This document shows positions 1 to 13,000 of a stretch of DNA of 64,000 bases, piece by piece; position 1 is the stretch's first letter, and each line of letters begins with the position of its first letter. Below the pieces are notes generated by a model. The model made no database searches. It saw only the letters and a program-made list of their open reading frames with translations, and was not told the DNA's origin. The DNA lies in assembly GCA_963514005.1 (NCBI GenBank), contig OY740795.1:372001-436000 (forward strand), in the 5' to 3' direction. Both the position numbers and the translations under genes were made by a program. Origin of the DNA: Raja brachyura (lineage: Eukaryota).

Positions 1-39
1 ATATACACAACGAGCACTACCCTCGTCTATCAATCAGAT

Positions 40-1500
40 GTGTGAGACACGACCTCCCACGTACAAACCATGTTAACTATCCCTACTCAGCCCTTACCCA
101 TCCAAATGCCTATATAACATATCCATCAGAATACTCTCTCGCAACGAAACAACTACAGATGTTCACCTCGCCGGCCTATGGTTCGTAGCATTTTCCCTGC
201 AGCCCTTCTTGAAAAGAGCCGTAACATTTGCCACCCTCCAGTCTTCCGGCATCTCTCCTGTATTGAAGGATGACTCGTCAATTTCAATCAGGGCTCCCGC
301 AATTTCCTCTTTAGTTTCCTGCAATTCCCACGAATATATCTGTTCAGGCCCTGGAGATTTGGCTACCTTCATACACGAAAGTACCTTCAGTACTGCTTCG
401 ACGGTAACTCTGAATGCTCTCAAGACACTTCCATTGACTGCCCCCAAGTTCCTCCGCCTATTGTATCTCTCTTCGGTAAATACATTGGGGAAATACTCAT
501 TAAGTACTTTGTCCATCTCCGGTGGCTCCAAACAGAGATCGCCGCTTTGATTTCTGAAAGGTCCAACTATCTCTCTCAAGTTACCCTTTCCTCCCGTATG
601 TGTTTATACAATATTTTGGCATTGTCCTTAATGCTTTCCATCAGAGCTATCTCCTGGTCCATTTCTGCCCTTCTGATCTCCTTTTTTCAGTTTACTCCTT
701 AGTTCCCGAAAGTCCTCCAAGGGCCCACATGATCCATGCTGCCTATACCTGTGCCATGCATCCTTCTTGTTCTTGACCACCGCCTACATTTCCCGCGTCA
801 GCCAAGCTTCCTTACGTTTGCCTGATTTGCCCTTCACTCTAAAGGGGAGGTATATATCATGAGCTTTCGCCCGCACACTTTTAAAAACATCCCACTTTAA
901 CCCTCACAATTAAAATGTGGATTATGGAAATGTCGGAGACCCTACACCTGGAAATAATCAGATTTGCCTTAATGGACAAACAATAACTTTTTGTTAGAAT
1001 GTGGTCTTCTTTCATAGACTACTTAAAAGGGTAGATTGGTTCGGCAGGGGAACCTAACTGAAACTTGGTCTCAGGATCAGATGAAAAGTAATACTCTATA
1101 TTCCTTGATCTTATCACCAATGTATTAACGGTAAATTATTCCATTCCTTATGATTTAAAAAATATATTTTTTTTTTCTTTCTCTCTCTTTCTTTTTTTAT
1201 TACTGTTAATCTTTAAAAAAACTATTAGAGGCAGAATGATTAAATTCATAATATTAATAATGTATGATTGATGTACACGAAATATTTCTACCATAGTATG
1301 TGTTTGCCAATTTATTGTTTACCTCTAATAAAAATATATTAAAAAATAAAAAAAATAAAAACATCCCACTTGGCCGATGTTCCTTTCTCTCAAATAACAT
1401 GGCCCAGTGAACTCCAGGTATTCTTTGTTCAAGTTTTGCAAAGGTTGTAGTTGCTCTTGTTCGCCCAGCAACCCGTGTGAGCTGGTTCCATGAAGCAATG
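40..1500 (-). mobile_element. CR1-type LINE fragment (ORF2 EN/RT linker), interrupted by an L1 3' end
   Basis: ORF 163-579 contains KSPGPEQIY...[16 protein letters not shown]...NHRP, typical of CR1 ORF2. Confidence 0.8.
898..1356 (+). mobile_element. 5'-truncated L1-clade 3' end with poly(A) and 15-bp target-site duplication
   Basis: AT-rich, ends in AATAAA plus an A-rich tail; flanked by aaaaacatcccactt at 883-897 and 1357-1371, preceded by tttt (TTTT/AA-type target). Confidence 0.7.
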
Positions 1501-1844
1501 GCCCGCCGTTTGCAAAGGTTGCGCTCCCATACATTTTACAAACTTTCCCTTTCCACCATTATCTCTCACCACTTGTCTTCGGCACTGTACTCTTGTGCAA
1601 GTTATATGATAATCCACCTTAACTGAGTTTGGAAATGGCCATCTATTCAAGAAGGGTTAGCAATCGGGTAGCAAAGGTGACAGCCCAAGGAGGTTGTTCG
1701 TAAATATATTTAATTTGTTCGTCATAGCTCTTGTTGAATAAAAACATACAAACTTCATTATGAATGAATAAGTTTATTGGACAAGTATTCATACAAGGAA
1801 TTTGCTTTGGTGCTCCATCCGCAAGTGACAACGACAAATAGTGA

Positions 1845-3027
1845 CGTAGGAACATTGGAAATAGGTGCAGGAGTAGGCCCTTCGGCCCTTCGAGCCTGCA
1901 CCGCCATTCAATATGATCATGGCTGATCATCCAACTCAGTATCCGGTATCTGCCTTCTCTCCAAACCCCTGATCCCATTAGCGATAAGGGCCACATCTAA
2001 CTCCCTCTTAAATATAGCCAACGAACTGGCCTCTGCTACCTTCTGTGGCAGATACTTCCACAGATTCACCACTCCCTGTGTGAAAAATGATTTTCTCATC
2101 TCGGTCCTAAAAATACTTCCCCCTTATCCTTAAACAGTGATCCCTTGTCCTGGACTTCCCCGACATCGGGAACAATCTTCCTGCATCTAGCCTGTCCAAC
2201 CCCTGAAAACAATTGTAAGTCTCTATGAGATACCCCCTCAATCTTCTAAATTCCAGTGAGCACATGCCGAGTCTATCCACTATTTCTATATATGGAAGTC
2301 GTCAAATCCAGGAATCAGTCTGGTGAACCTTCTCTGTACTCCTTCTATGGCAAGAATGTATTTTCTCAGATTAGGAGACCAAAACTGTACGTAATACTCC
2401 AGGTGTGGCCTCACCAAGACCCCGTAAAACTGCAGGAGAACCTCCCTGCACTTCTACTGAAATCGTTTTGCTATGAATGCCAACATGCCATTCGCTTTCT
2501 TCACAGCCTGCTGCACATGCATGCCTACTTTCAATGACTTGTGTACCATGACACCCAGGCCTCGTTGCATCTCCCATTTTCCTAATCGGTCACCATTCAA
2601 ATAATAGTCAACTTTCCTGTTTTTGCACCAACGTGGATAACCTCACATTTGTCCACATTATACTGCATCTGCCATGCATTTGCCCACTCACCCAGCCTAT
2701 CCAACTCACCTTGCTGCCTCCTAGCATCCTCGTCGCCGCTAACACTGCCCCCCAGCTTCGTGTCATCCGCAAACTTCAAGATGTTGCATTTAATTCCTTC
2801 GTCCAAATTATTAATATATATTGTAAATAGCTGGGATCCCTGCACTGAGCCTTGCGGCACCCCACTAGTCACTTGTCTGCCACCCTGAAAAGGACCCGTT
2901 CACTCCTACTCTTTGCTTCAGGTCTGCCAGCCAGTTCTCTATCCACATCAATACTGAACCGCAAATACCGTGTGCTTTAAGTTGGTATACTAATCTCTTG
3001 TGTGGGACCTTGTCGAAAGCCTTCTGA
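1845..3027 (-). mobile_element. CR1 LINE 3' part (RT C-terminus and 3'UTR), degenerate
   Basis: TSGVPQGSV...YINNL...[10 protein letters not shown] and QYNVDKCEVIH motifs; conserved CR1 3'UTR gatgatcagccatgatcatattgaatggcgg. Confidence 0.9.
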
Positions 3028-3029
3028 CA

Positions 3030-3652
3030 GTTAGGAATGACACATTAAACATTAAGCATTAATAATAAAACATTTTTGATTAAACATATTAATTAAATAA
3101 AATACCAGAGCTGAAGGAGGCTACAGATTTTTGGTTATTGAGTAGAGCTACTACTCGTACAAAAAAGCTGTTTTTATGTCTTGCTGTGACAGTCCGGAGT
3201 CGCCTTCCAGAGAGAAGCGATAGGTTGTGGCCAGGGTGATACGGGTCAGAGATGATCTTCCCGCTCGTTTCTCTGCCCTTGCAGTGTACAGTTCGTCAAT
3301 GGAAGGACTGTTGCTGCCAACAGCCTTCTCAGCTGATCGGACGATGCGCTGCGGCTTCCGGATGTCGCTCTTGGTGGCCGATCCAAACCAGACCATGATG
3401 GAGAAGGTGAGGTCAGTCTCTACGATGGCCGTATAGAATTGGACAATCTTTTCCTAAGGCAGATAGTGCTTCATCAGGTGCCGCAGGAAGCACATCATGT
3501 GCTGTGTATTTTTGACTGTGGAGTCGATGGTAGCCCCCCATTTAAATTCGTTGGAGATGATGGTTCACAGTAACTTAAAATACTCCACAGATGTGACTGT
3601 GGTGTTGTTGATGGTGAGTGGGGTGAGGGGAGGAAGAGCTCTCCTAAAATCT
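3030..3652 (-). mobile_element. Rex1/Babar-like non-LTR retrotransposon fragment
   Basis: ORF 3151-3396 VWFGSATKSDIRKPQRIVRSAEKAVG..PSIDELYTARA matches the C-terminal region of Rex1-type RT; the same type of motif occurs at 52714-53448. Confidence 0.7.
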
Positions 3653-3916
3653 CAATGGGCGTGAGGTATTTCGAAAGCAGTGCCGCTATGTTAAATCAAC
3701 AACTGCGTATAACGTTGCTTTTTGCAATTAAGTCGTGGGATTTCGTGGTACACATGTTAAAGTTTGTTGTTAGTGCAATAATCTGATGGAGTGGAGATAT
3801 CCTGTGGACGCAGTGGCGTTTCCGCTTGCAGCAAATGGTTTCCGGCGCCATTGCCTGCGCCACAATGATCTACATAGCTGAACATCTGCAGCAGATGTGT
3901 CTCAGAAACCTGCAGC

Positions 3917-3955
3917 AGTTATTGTACGAGTCTGCACACAGTTCCCAACACTGTG
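3917..3955 (-). promoter_or_regulatory. Recombination signal sequence of V1 (23-RSS)
   Basis: Minus strand: CACAGTG - 23 nt (ttgggaactgtgtgcagactcgt) - ACAATAACT, immediately after YYCAV. Confidence 0.93.
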
Positions 3956-5434
3956 TGACTGCACAGTAATATATCGCCATGTCAGACATCCGTAGCCTCG
4001 AAATAGTCATCTGATATTTTTTCGTTGACTGCTGAACTTCGTCAGAAAACCGCTCACGAGCGAAATCAGCCTTATAGTCATACTGTCCGCCAGTATGTCT
4101 CCGGACCAGAAACTCCGGGTGACCGTCGGGGTACTGGCGGTACCAGAACAAGTAGTAACCATCCTTGGCAAAGGTGCAGGTTAAAATGGCGTTTTCCCCC
4201 TCTGTATGCGTAAGAGAGGTCTTCTCTTGGGTCACGGAATCAGCATCAACCCGACCTGGAATGCATTAAGCGGAGCGTTTATTTGACATACATTTTCAAA
4301 ACTGAACGCAAAAGACCGGACCGAATATGTTACAACAATAATTATATTTACGGCAGATAGTCAGTCCTTACATATCTCACAGACGGGCAAATTTATCGTG
4401 ACGCTCACTCACTCTTTCGTCGGAGTGCACCGCCATCGGTCACATACCACTCTCCCCTCGTGTTCTATTCTGGAATCTGTTTGATTTATTAATAATATAT
4501 AGCTCTATTGTCCCGTGTGCGGAGCCGTTACATCTTTCCTTAATAAATAATATTCTGTCCCTTCCTGGATGATTTACCGGCGTCCATAGAATCAAATAGA
4601 CATAAATGAGACCTTGAAAGAGGTCGACATGAAAGAGACCTTTCGACCCAACTGGACCCAAAGTTAGCCCCAGTTACCGCGATAGGCGGACATCTCTTTT
4701 TACCTTCCCTTCTCTGTGTACCTGTCCAAGTGTCTTTCAGATGCCCATTATAGAACCTGTCTCAACTACCCGGCAGCTCAAGTTCAATAAGTGACCACCC
4801 TTTGTGTGATAAAATGCCCCTCAGATTACTGGAAAATTATTCCGCTTAGATCAATATCCTCTAGATCTAAATCCTATCGAACCCCTTTCTCTTGGTGAAA
4901 GAAAACGGTGCATTCATCCTATCTATTTTCCTTATGATTTCATGCACCTCCAAAAGTTAATCTCTGTGCTTCAAGGATTAACATCCCACGCTGTCCAACC
5001 GCTCCATATATCTCAAGCGATCGAATCCCGGGTAATATCGTTGTAAACCATCCATACACGCTTTCAGAGAATGCGTAAACCATACATACACGCATTCCAG
5101 CGGCATGACACCCTTTCCATAGCATTATTCCCAAACAGACCACAATGCATGAAATGCGGCTTGATCACCCATGATACCTGCTGATCGCGAAATGTCAATG
5201 CAACGGAGATGCAAGTCTTCCAATGTTGATTGAATTGCTCGTTCAACCATTTCTCAAACTTATTTTTCTTACTAGAAACGCAGAATACGTGTTAGATAGT
5301 AAGTCTGGTCCAACATATGAGCCACATAAGTTGAACGACGCCATCTTTCTGCAAAAACGCCACTGTTTACGAAAATTAATGTTCTTACTGATAATGAATG
5401 TCGCCCACATGACAGTATGTACCATGAGGCGCAT
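3956..5434 (-). CDS. TCR alpha/delta-type V gene segment V1 (leader exon 5389-5434, V exon 3956-4255), apparently intact
   Basis: Leader MRLMVHTVMWATFII + a|gtaag; acceptor ttccag|gtcggg. Spliced ORF ...SRVDADSVTQEKTSLTHTEGENAILTC..YLFWYRQYPDGHPEF..RFS..MTISRLRMSDMAIYYCAV has both Cys and the Trp; 23-RSS follows. Confidence 0.9.
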
Positions 5435-5529
5435 CTTCGATTCCCGTGGCGGCACCAACTTTGCTGTTTCTCCTGAATACCTTCAGTGCGCCCGTCAGGC
5501 AGAATTGAGAGCACTGTTGGGCGCTAGCC

Positions 5530-5562
5530 TGACGTCACTGCCTGCAAAGCACCAATCAAACG
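5530..5562 (-). promoter_or_regulatory. V1 promoter: CRE/TCR-V decamer AGTGACGTCA plus CCAAT box
   Basis: tgacgtcact at 5530-5539 (AGTGACGTCA on minus), ~95 bp upstream of the leader ATG; caccaatc follows; the same module lies upstream of the V2 leader. Confidence 0.7.
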
Positions 5563-6480
5563 GTGGTTTTATTGTCATCCCCTTCTCACGCAAACGAAAT
5601 ATGTGTGGAAACACTCTGATAGAGGAAAATCTACAAGGAGGCATCAGCAGCTGGAGAATACCTGACACAATCAAGGCTCTCCTCCTATGTTGGATATTTT
5701 CCCTCCTCCCTCCTCCTCTCCGAAAGAAGCGACACATAATTAAAAGTAGTAGATTCAAAAACAGCTTCTTACATGCAATTATATGACTCTTGAGTGGACC
5801 TCGCGTAAGTCAAGGATTTATTTCCGACTTCCCAGTCTGCGTTTGTGCGACCCTTGCACTTTTAGTTAACCAGCACTTTCTCGCAGCCGTCATATTTCTT
5901 TTGCGGATCGTCTGTGCCCATCATGCAGGGCCCGTGCGGACTAGGTGTTGGACGTTCCGCTGCATTTGAACGATGCCAGTGGACAGTTAATTATTCTGTT
6001 TGCAAATGTGTGAGTAGCCGTCGTCTGCATTGGATGGAAGTCGGGACGTGGGTTTCCGTTAACGGGACGGCTGCTGCAATAGTTCCAGAGATAGACAGTT
6101 GCGATGATAAATCTCCCAACACATTTGATGGCATGTTTGGACAATAAAAGTTCGCAGTTCTCGTGATCGACTGTATTCCAAAATCTGGAACAACCTCGGA
6201 GAACCAGGGTCGTGACAGAGCAGCAGCTGCCATTCGATAGGAATGAAAACGAGCAGCGATGCTTCAAGGCATTCTTACATCCTTCAGTCGGACACGATTA
6301 GGCCTAAATGTCGAAACATACGTGAAGACGGGAGATATAATGATGTCTCGGTTTCTGTACCAACACATTGCGTTGCTGGCCGAGCAGAAACACAGACAAC
6401 GTCGGTCTGCGCTGCATGTAATCGTGGGGATATACATGTCATGTAGAGACACCGGGCGCTACTACTGCTATTAGCTCGAG

Positions 6481-6800
6481 TTAATTTTCAGTTTAGAGAT
6501 GGAGCGCGGCAAATATCTTTTGGCCCACCGTGTCCGCGGCGACGTTGAACCCCCGTACACGATCACTATCCTACACAGGCTGGGGAAAAAATAAATTCAT
6601 ACCATGCCTATTAACATACAAACGTATACGTCTTATATATGGAGTGTGGAAGAAAGCCGACGATCTCGGAAAAGACGCACGTTGTCACGGGGCCGACGTA
6701 TAAACTCCCTACAGGCAACATCCGTAGTCGGGATCGAACCCGGGTCTCTGGAGGTTTGAGCGCTCTAGGGCAGAAACTCGACCGCCGCCTCAATGTGCCA
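6481..6800 (-). mobile_element. tRNA-derived V-SINE (HE1-like)
   Basis: Reverse complement has the B-box gggttcgatcccgactacgg, the central gagttt..acgt..ccccgtgac core and a taaac-like tail; homologous to 50018-50267. Confidence 0.8.
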
Positions 6801-7761
6801 CAGGTTATTTGACTTCCCCCTCCCCCATCTGCCATTTGCCAGTCGCCCGGTTGGTACAATTGGGTCTCAATTTGTTCACAATGAATTGGATCACAATGAA
6901 TGGCGGTGCTGGCTCGAAGGGCCGAATGGCCTCCTCCTGCACCTATTTTCTATGTTTCTATGTATCTATGTTTCTACAACTACTCTTGCAAATCAACAAC
7001 TTCCGTCTCCAACCTCTCGCACACAATCACCAGCTGCACATAAATATTTCCGACAGTTGACACCAGCGCCAATCCGTCCCGCCGTCACTTCCTTCCTCTG
7101 CACTGGCTGTGCACCGCCTTACCTACTGCAAGTGTTTGCTGCCATGGATATGTGTTGGAAATGTAGGCAAGTGGTTTTGGGAAATTTGTGTTTCTACTCG
7201 GCCAGCAATTGTTTTGGACTGCAGAGTGACAGATGCAGCAAATGGAAACATGTCTCTCTGATCCAACCGTTCAACATATCTTGAATTAAAGATCAGCGGG
7301 ATGTCCGCGGGTTCACTTTGAGGCGAGTCTGAGAGCGCATGAATAACGGACGCCAGGAGACTGTCGATAATCAACTCCACAACAGTCGATCGCTGAACAT
7401 GTCTCCATCAACGTATATAATTACTCAATATCTGTGTGCACGTATACACAATAATGTGTGCATGCACGGATGATAGCAGAAAGCCACTTCGCCTCCGCAA
7501 GCCATTGCCATCCATGGATTGAATCATAATTTCTCAGTAATTTAACCTTAGTGTAATGAACTTTTGTTTTCCCATCCCTATGTCACTGAGCGGTACCCTA
7601 TCATAGTAAACCAGAAAATGATGGAAATACGTAGCAGGTATGGCAGCATCGGTGTGCAGAAAGACAAAGTTAAACTTTCACGTCAAAGGTGCCCCGTACA
7701 AACCGGAAACGAGAGGATAAATACGCTCCTTGACCTGCAAGGCGGCTAGAAGAGTAAAGAT

Positions 7762-7945
7762 ATAAGAAACTGCAGATTCTGGAATCTTGACAAAAATTGA
7801 AAGTGCTGGAGGAACTCAGCAGGCTAAACATCATCTGGGGAGGGAAACGATAGGGTCTGAAGGACGGTCCAGACTAGGAAAGTAGTCTGGCCATGCCTCC
7901 CACAGATGCTGCATGACCAACGGAGTCCCTCCAGCACTTTGTGAT
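7762..7945. repeat. Penelope-derived foldback repeat
   Basis: aaagtgctggaggaactc...catctgggg is inverted against cccacagatgctgc...gagtccctccagcacttt; degenerate gtctgaagga..gaaa core in the centre. Confidence 0.6.
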
Positions 7946-8507
7946 TTAGTTTAAAGAAAGTTGTGGGGGCGGTGATGACGGCAGCTTCGCCAGTAACCAT
8001 ACCGACACTTGCGGTAGAGTGAAATTACGTGATATGTTTTATTTACCGAAGTATAAACCGTAATGGGGCACTATCCCTCGCCATCAAGGCGCATATGCGA
8101 TGACGCTGATATTAATAAGGAGAAGGCTGGAATGATTCAAGTGGCCAACCATTATCAACTAATTGGACCCAGCTGTTACCAATCTTAAATCGATCATTCA
8201 GTGACAGGGATCAGAGCAGCAAACAAGGCAGGGCGCCGTTACAAACGGTGTGTCACTGATTGGGTAAAACCCAAGGCACAGCCACCATCCGTCTCTGCAG
8301 CTTTACCATGTTTTGTCATATTCTCTGTTCTGACGAAGGTGCTCTTCCTGAAATGTTTGTCTTCCAAATGGCGCGATCGGTTCCTGCTGAGTGCTGAGTT
8401 ACTTTTATTTCAGATAGCTAGAATGTTCTGGGTTATTTGGGTTTCACTACACCTGGGTGATGGTAGTAAACATCATAATATTAAACAGAATGCTGTGGGA
8501 TCTCGCA

Positions 8508-8800
8508 CGTTAGTTTAGTTTAGAGGAAGTAGGCCTTTTGGCCCACCAAGTTCACACCGACCAGCGACCCTCGCACACAGCCTAAGTACAATTTAGATTT
8601 ATAGCAGGCCAATTAAACTACAAACCTGTACGTCTTTGGAGTGTGGGAGGAAACTGAAGAGATCGAAGGGAAACCCACGCACGCCACGGGGTGAACGTCC
8701 ACATTCCGTACAGACAGCATACTTAGTCAGGATCTGACCCGGCACCATGAGCTTTTGCGCTGCAGGGCAGCAACGCTACCGCTGCGCCACCGTGCCGCCC
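8508..8800 (-). mobile_element. V-SINE copy
   Basis: Ends in ctaccgctgcgccaccgtgccgccc (reverse complement of the SINE 5' head); ttagtttagtttag tail. Confidence 0.8.
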
Positions 8801-9967
8801 TTGCGGCAGATCTCTTGGAGTATTTTATGTTAGTCGGCATGGACTGCTTCAGTGGGGAGGAACATTGCCACTTGTTTCAGACATATGAACTACCATCGTT
8901 TTTATGTTGGTTTTGTGCATCTGCGCTGTTTCTTCGCCATTCTTCGCAATTTCTTGTTGACGGCACATTTGGACCCAGACCTTTCGACTAAATGTGATTC
9001 AACAGTGAGAGGTAATAGATAGGAACGAGGCGGGACGAACAACGGCCCAAGCAGCATTGAATGGCGCTGCAGTTTCCCGGAGCAACATGGACCGAGACCA
9101 GTTCCTGTGTCTAATATTCATGGAATAATTCAGTGCAGCCATGTAATTTTAATTAAAATGTTTCAAAGATTTCAAAGGTCTTTTATTGTCACATGTACCA
9201 ATTAAGGTACAGTAATATGCAAATTTCCAGAAAGCCATACGAAGAAAAGCAATGAGAAACACAATTACATGCAAGTTAACATAAATGTCCACAACAGCGG
9301 ACCCGCCACATTCCTCACTGTGATGGAAGGCAAAAAAGCCCAAACTTCTTGCTCCATATTCTCCCGCGGTCGGGGTAGCCGAGGTTTCCTCCAACCACCC
9401 CCCACCGCTCCTCCCCCCCCCTCCATCCACGCACTACCCACATGAAATAGGCTAAATAACACTAAAAACATACAAACACATACTATAAAACACAAAGGAA
9501 AGGAAGGACAGACAGACTGTAGGCGAGGCAGCCATTGCTGGCGCCACCTGGTGGATCAATAAAGAAAACCATCGAACCGCAAGGTGCATTTATGATTAGT
9601 TTCCATTAGTTTACCACGGAAGTTATATATCCACCTTTCCTTCCCCATCTTCTCTATTTTTCGACACAATCGCTTTTAGCTCTTTGCAATCTCATGATGT
9701 GCTGATTCCGCTGTCTTGTGCAGATATAGCACAGCCAGTCGTTTCATTTTCAGCAGCCGCTTTCGTTATCCGGAATGTGGCCACCATTAAATGTGGATAA
9801 TACAAATTGCCATGTCCAGACTAGAAGCCTTCTCAATAGCTACAAATACACTATTTGACCGTTTCCGTTATTCCACTTATCAAGTACAATATTGTAATGT
9901 TCCTGCGTGAGTGTCTAGGCCTCTGTTGTAAGCAGCGCACATGCTGCTTGTATTGGAAACCCCCGGC

Positions 9968-10006
9968 AGTTATTGTACGAGCCCCCAGCCCACTCCCATT
10001 ACTGTG
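9968..10006 (-). promoter_or_regulatory. Recombination signal sequence of V2 (23-RSS, heptamer variant)
   Basis: Minus strand: CACAGTA - 23 nt - ACAATAACT; nonamer and spacer end (ctcgt) identical to V1. Confidence 0.88.
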
Positions 10007-13000
10007 AGCCTCACTGCACAATGATATACCGCCGTGTCAAACAGCTGCAAATTCGAGATCGCCAAATGATGTATTTTGCTTGAACGCTGAACGGAATCAG
10101 AAAAGCGGGTCCGAGCGAATTCTGCCTTGAAATCTAAATTGGCTTCGGTGAAACGACCGACCGCAATTTCCGGTTGCTTGCTTGGGTACTGGCGGTACCA
10201 GAATAAGTGCGAAATATCGCCGGTGTATGTGCAGACTAAAGTTGCAGTTTCTCCTTCTGCCCTTGTCAGTGTGAGATCCCGCTGAGACACAACGTTTCCA
10301 TTGCTCTGACCTGGAACACAGTTAAATAATTCGTGACATGGAACATTAGTTTGAACTTAAATAGTGCTAGCAGTATTTGGAGGGGTCAATAACAGTGGGT
10401 TAAATATAGGGCGGGACAGTGGTGCAGCAGTAGAGTTGCTGCCTTAAAGCACTTATAGAGGCAGAGACCTGGGTTCGATCCTGGTTACGGGTGTTTGTCC
10501 GTACGGAGTTTGTACGATATTCCCGTGTCATGCGTGGAGTTTCTCAGAGAACTTCCGTTTCCACCCACATTCTAAGACGCACAGATTTGTAGGTTAATTG
10601 TCTTGGTATAAAAAATAAATAAAAATGTCCCTAGGGTAGGATGGTACTAATGTGCGGGGATGGTTAGTCGGTGCGAACTCGTTGCGCCGGATGGCCTGTA
10701 TCCGCGCTGTGTCTCAAAACTAAATTCAACTAAACTAACCGAGTAGAATTGTGTTTCATGGGTAAATAGGATTGCGCGTGCATAAATCCCAGGACATGTC
10801 TCCACACCTCTCTTTGACATACACAACTTACATCCCTACATTTCACTCGAAGTGACCACCTATTTATACTGTCCCTGCTACACTATTTGCATCAGTTTGT
10901 AACACTACAAAAAACCATCTAAGCATTCCACGTAATATTGTTCTCCTCTATGTCCGGACGGATTATGTGAGATGTATAACGATAAACTGTAATTAGAGCT
11001 TAGAACAGAGATGAGTGTAGCACATAAATAGGCCATTCAGCGCACAATATCCGTTCCAAGGATGACGTAGATAAGCAACTCTGCTTTACCAGCTTGTACC
11101 GTTCCCTGCCTAGCCATGTGCATCTCCGTAAATCTTTCAATGCCACTATCTTATACGGCTCGACCACGGCTGTCTCATGTACACAGCACACTCTGTGTAA
11201 AAAAATACCTGCCGTACACCACTCCGTTAAACTTCCTCCCTCTGACCTTAACGCTACCCCCTCTTATTCTCGCAATTTCCACCCTGGAAAAAATGTCCCG
11301 ACAGGGTATGCGCATCGTAATTTGATGCGCTGGTATCAGGTCTCCAGCTTCCAACATTCCCGAGAAAACATTGCAAGTTTCTTTTTCAACTTTTCCTTAT
11401 TGCTAATCCATGCAGCATGCTGGTAAATTGTTACTAAGCTGGATGTTTTTCCTCTGTGCAACACCTTGATTAGCTGTTTGCTTACTGGAGAATAATACCA
11501 CATTCTTTCTGGTGGCATAATCTCATGGCCCTCGATTCACCTACTCTGGGCACCTACTCTGTATCTACCTTATCTATTCCTTTTATGATTTTACGCAGCT
11601 CAATAATAATAGCCCTCATTCTATTGCGCTCCAAAGAACGGAGTCCCAGCATACTCAATCTCCCCAGAGAGCTCAGACACTTTAGCCTAGAAACATCTTT
11701 GTCAATCTTCTCTGAACCCCTTTCAGCTTGACAACATCTTTCCTATAACATGTTGCTCAGAACTGAACTCAATACTCCATGTGCGGCCTCGACTGATACT
11801 CTGACTGATGAAGGACAATGTGCCACACGCCTTGTGCGACTCCACATTCAATAAACCACGCACCTGTACTCCAATACCCCTCTGCTCTAAACCATTCTCT
11901 GGATCCCTAGCATTCATGGAGCAGGACCCGCACGTTCGACTTCCCAAAATGCAACACGTCACATTTCTCTTATTAAATTCCATCAATCATTCCTCAGCCT
12001 ACCTGGCTGGTCGTTCAAGATCCTGTTGCAAATTTGCATAACGATTTAACTCTATCTAAAACCACCCATTTATGTATTATCAGCAAACCTGCGAATCTTG
12101 CCGTGTATGTTCTAATCCAAATCATTGACATAGATGAGAAACGGTAACGGGCCGAGCACCGAACCCTGAGGCACACAACTAGTCACAGGCATCCAGTCCG
12201 AGAAGCCTCCATGCGATATCACAGTCTGCTTCCTTCCATGAAGCCACTTTTCTTTCCATTCAGCTATCTCTCCTTGGATCCCATGCGATCTTATCTTCCA
12301 GAGTAGCCTACCTGTGCGGAAGCTTGTCCAATGCTTTGCTGAAGTCCATATATACGATATCTGCAGCTTTGCGCTCATCGACCTTTTTGATCACGTCTTC
12401 CAAAAACACAATCAGATTTGTGAAACACGACTTCCCACGTACAAACCCATGCTGACTATCCCTAATCAGTCCTCAGCCGTCTAAATGCCTGTATATCCTA
12501 TCCATCATCATACTCTCGATTAACTTTCCAACAAAAGATGTTAAGCGCACTGTCCTACAGTTGCCAGCACCTACCCTGCAGCCCTTAATGAATAGAATCA
12601 CAACAATTGTTACCCATCAGTCTTCCGGAATATCTCCAGCATTTGAAGACGACTCGTAAATCTAAACAAAAAAAACATCCCTTGTTTCCCACAATGTATT
12701 CGGATACATCTTAGGTTATTGTCAATAGAAAACATAGAAAACATAGAAATTAGGTGCAGGAATAGGCCATTCGGCCCTTCGAGCCTCCACCGCCATTCAA
12801 TATGATCATGGCTGATCATCCAACTCAGTATCCCGTACCTGCCTTCTCTCCATACCCTCTGATCCCCTTAGCCACAAGGGCCACATCTAACTCCCTCTTA
12901 AATATATCCAATGAACTGGCCTCAACTACCCTCTGTGGCAGAGAATTCCAGAGACCCACCACTCTCTGTGTGAAAAAATTCCTTCTCATCTCGGTCCTAA

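Noticed and set aside
6259-6474. ORF ending in DTGRYYCY, resembling an Ig F-strand
   Set aside because: No recognisable upstream B-strand Cys or WYRQ motif and no RSS after it; treated as chance.
8200-8460. Possible plus-strand promoter and leader (tgattgggtaaaac; MFWVIWVSLHL g|gtgat)
   Set aside because: Weak donor, short peptide and no downstream V exon.
3956-10310. V1/V2 as leaderless NAR-TCR supporting V-delta segments
   Set aside because: Both have assignable leader exons and promoters and no extra CDR1 Cys; no NAR-type V-D-J cassette was seen upstream.
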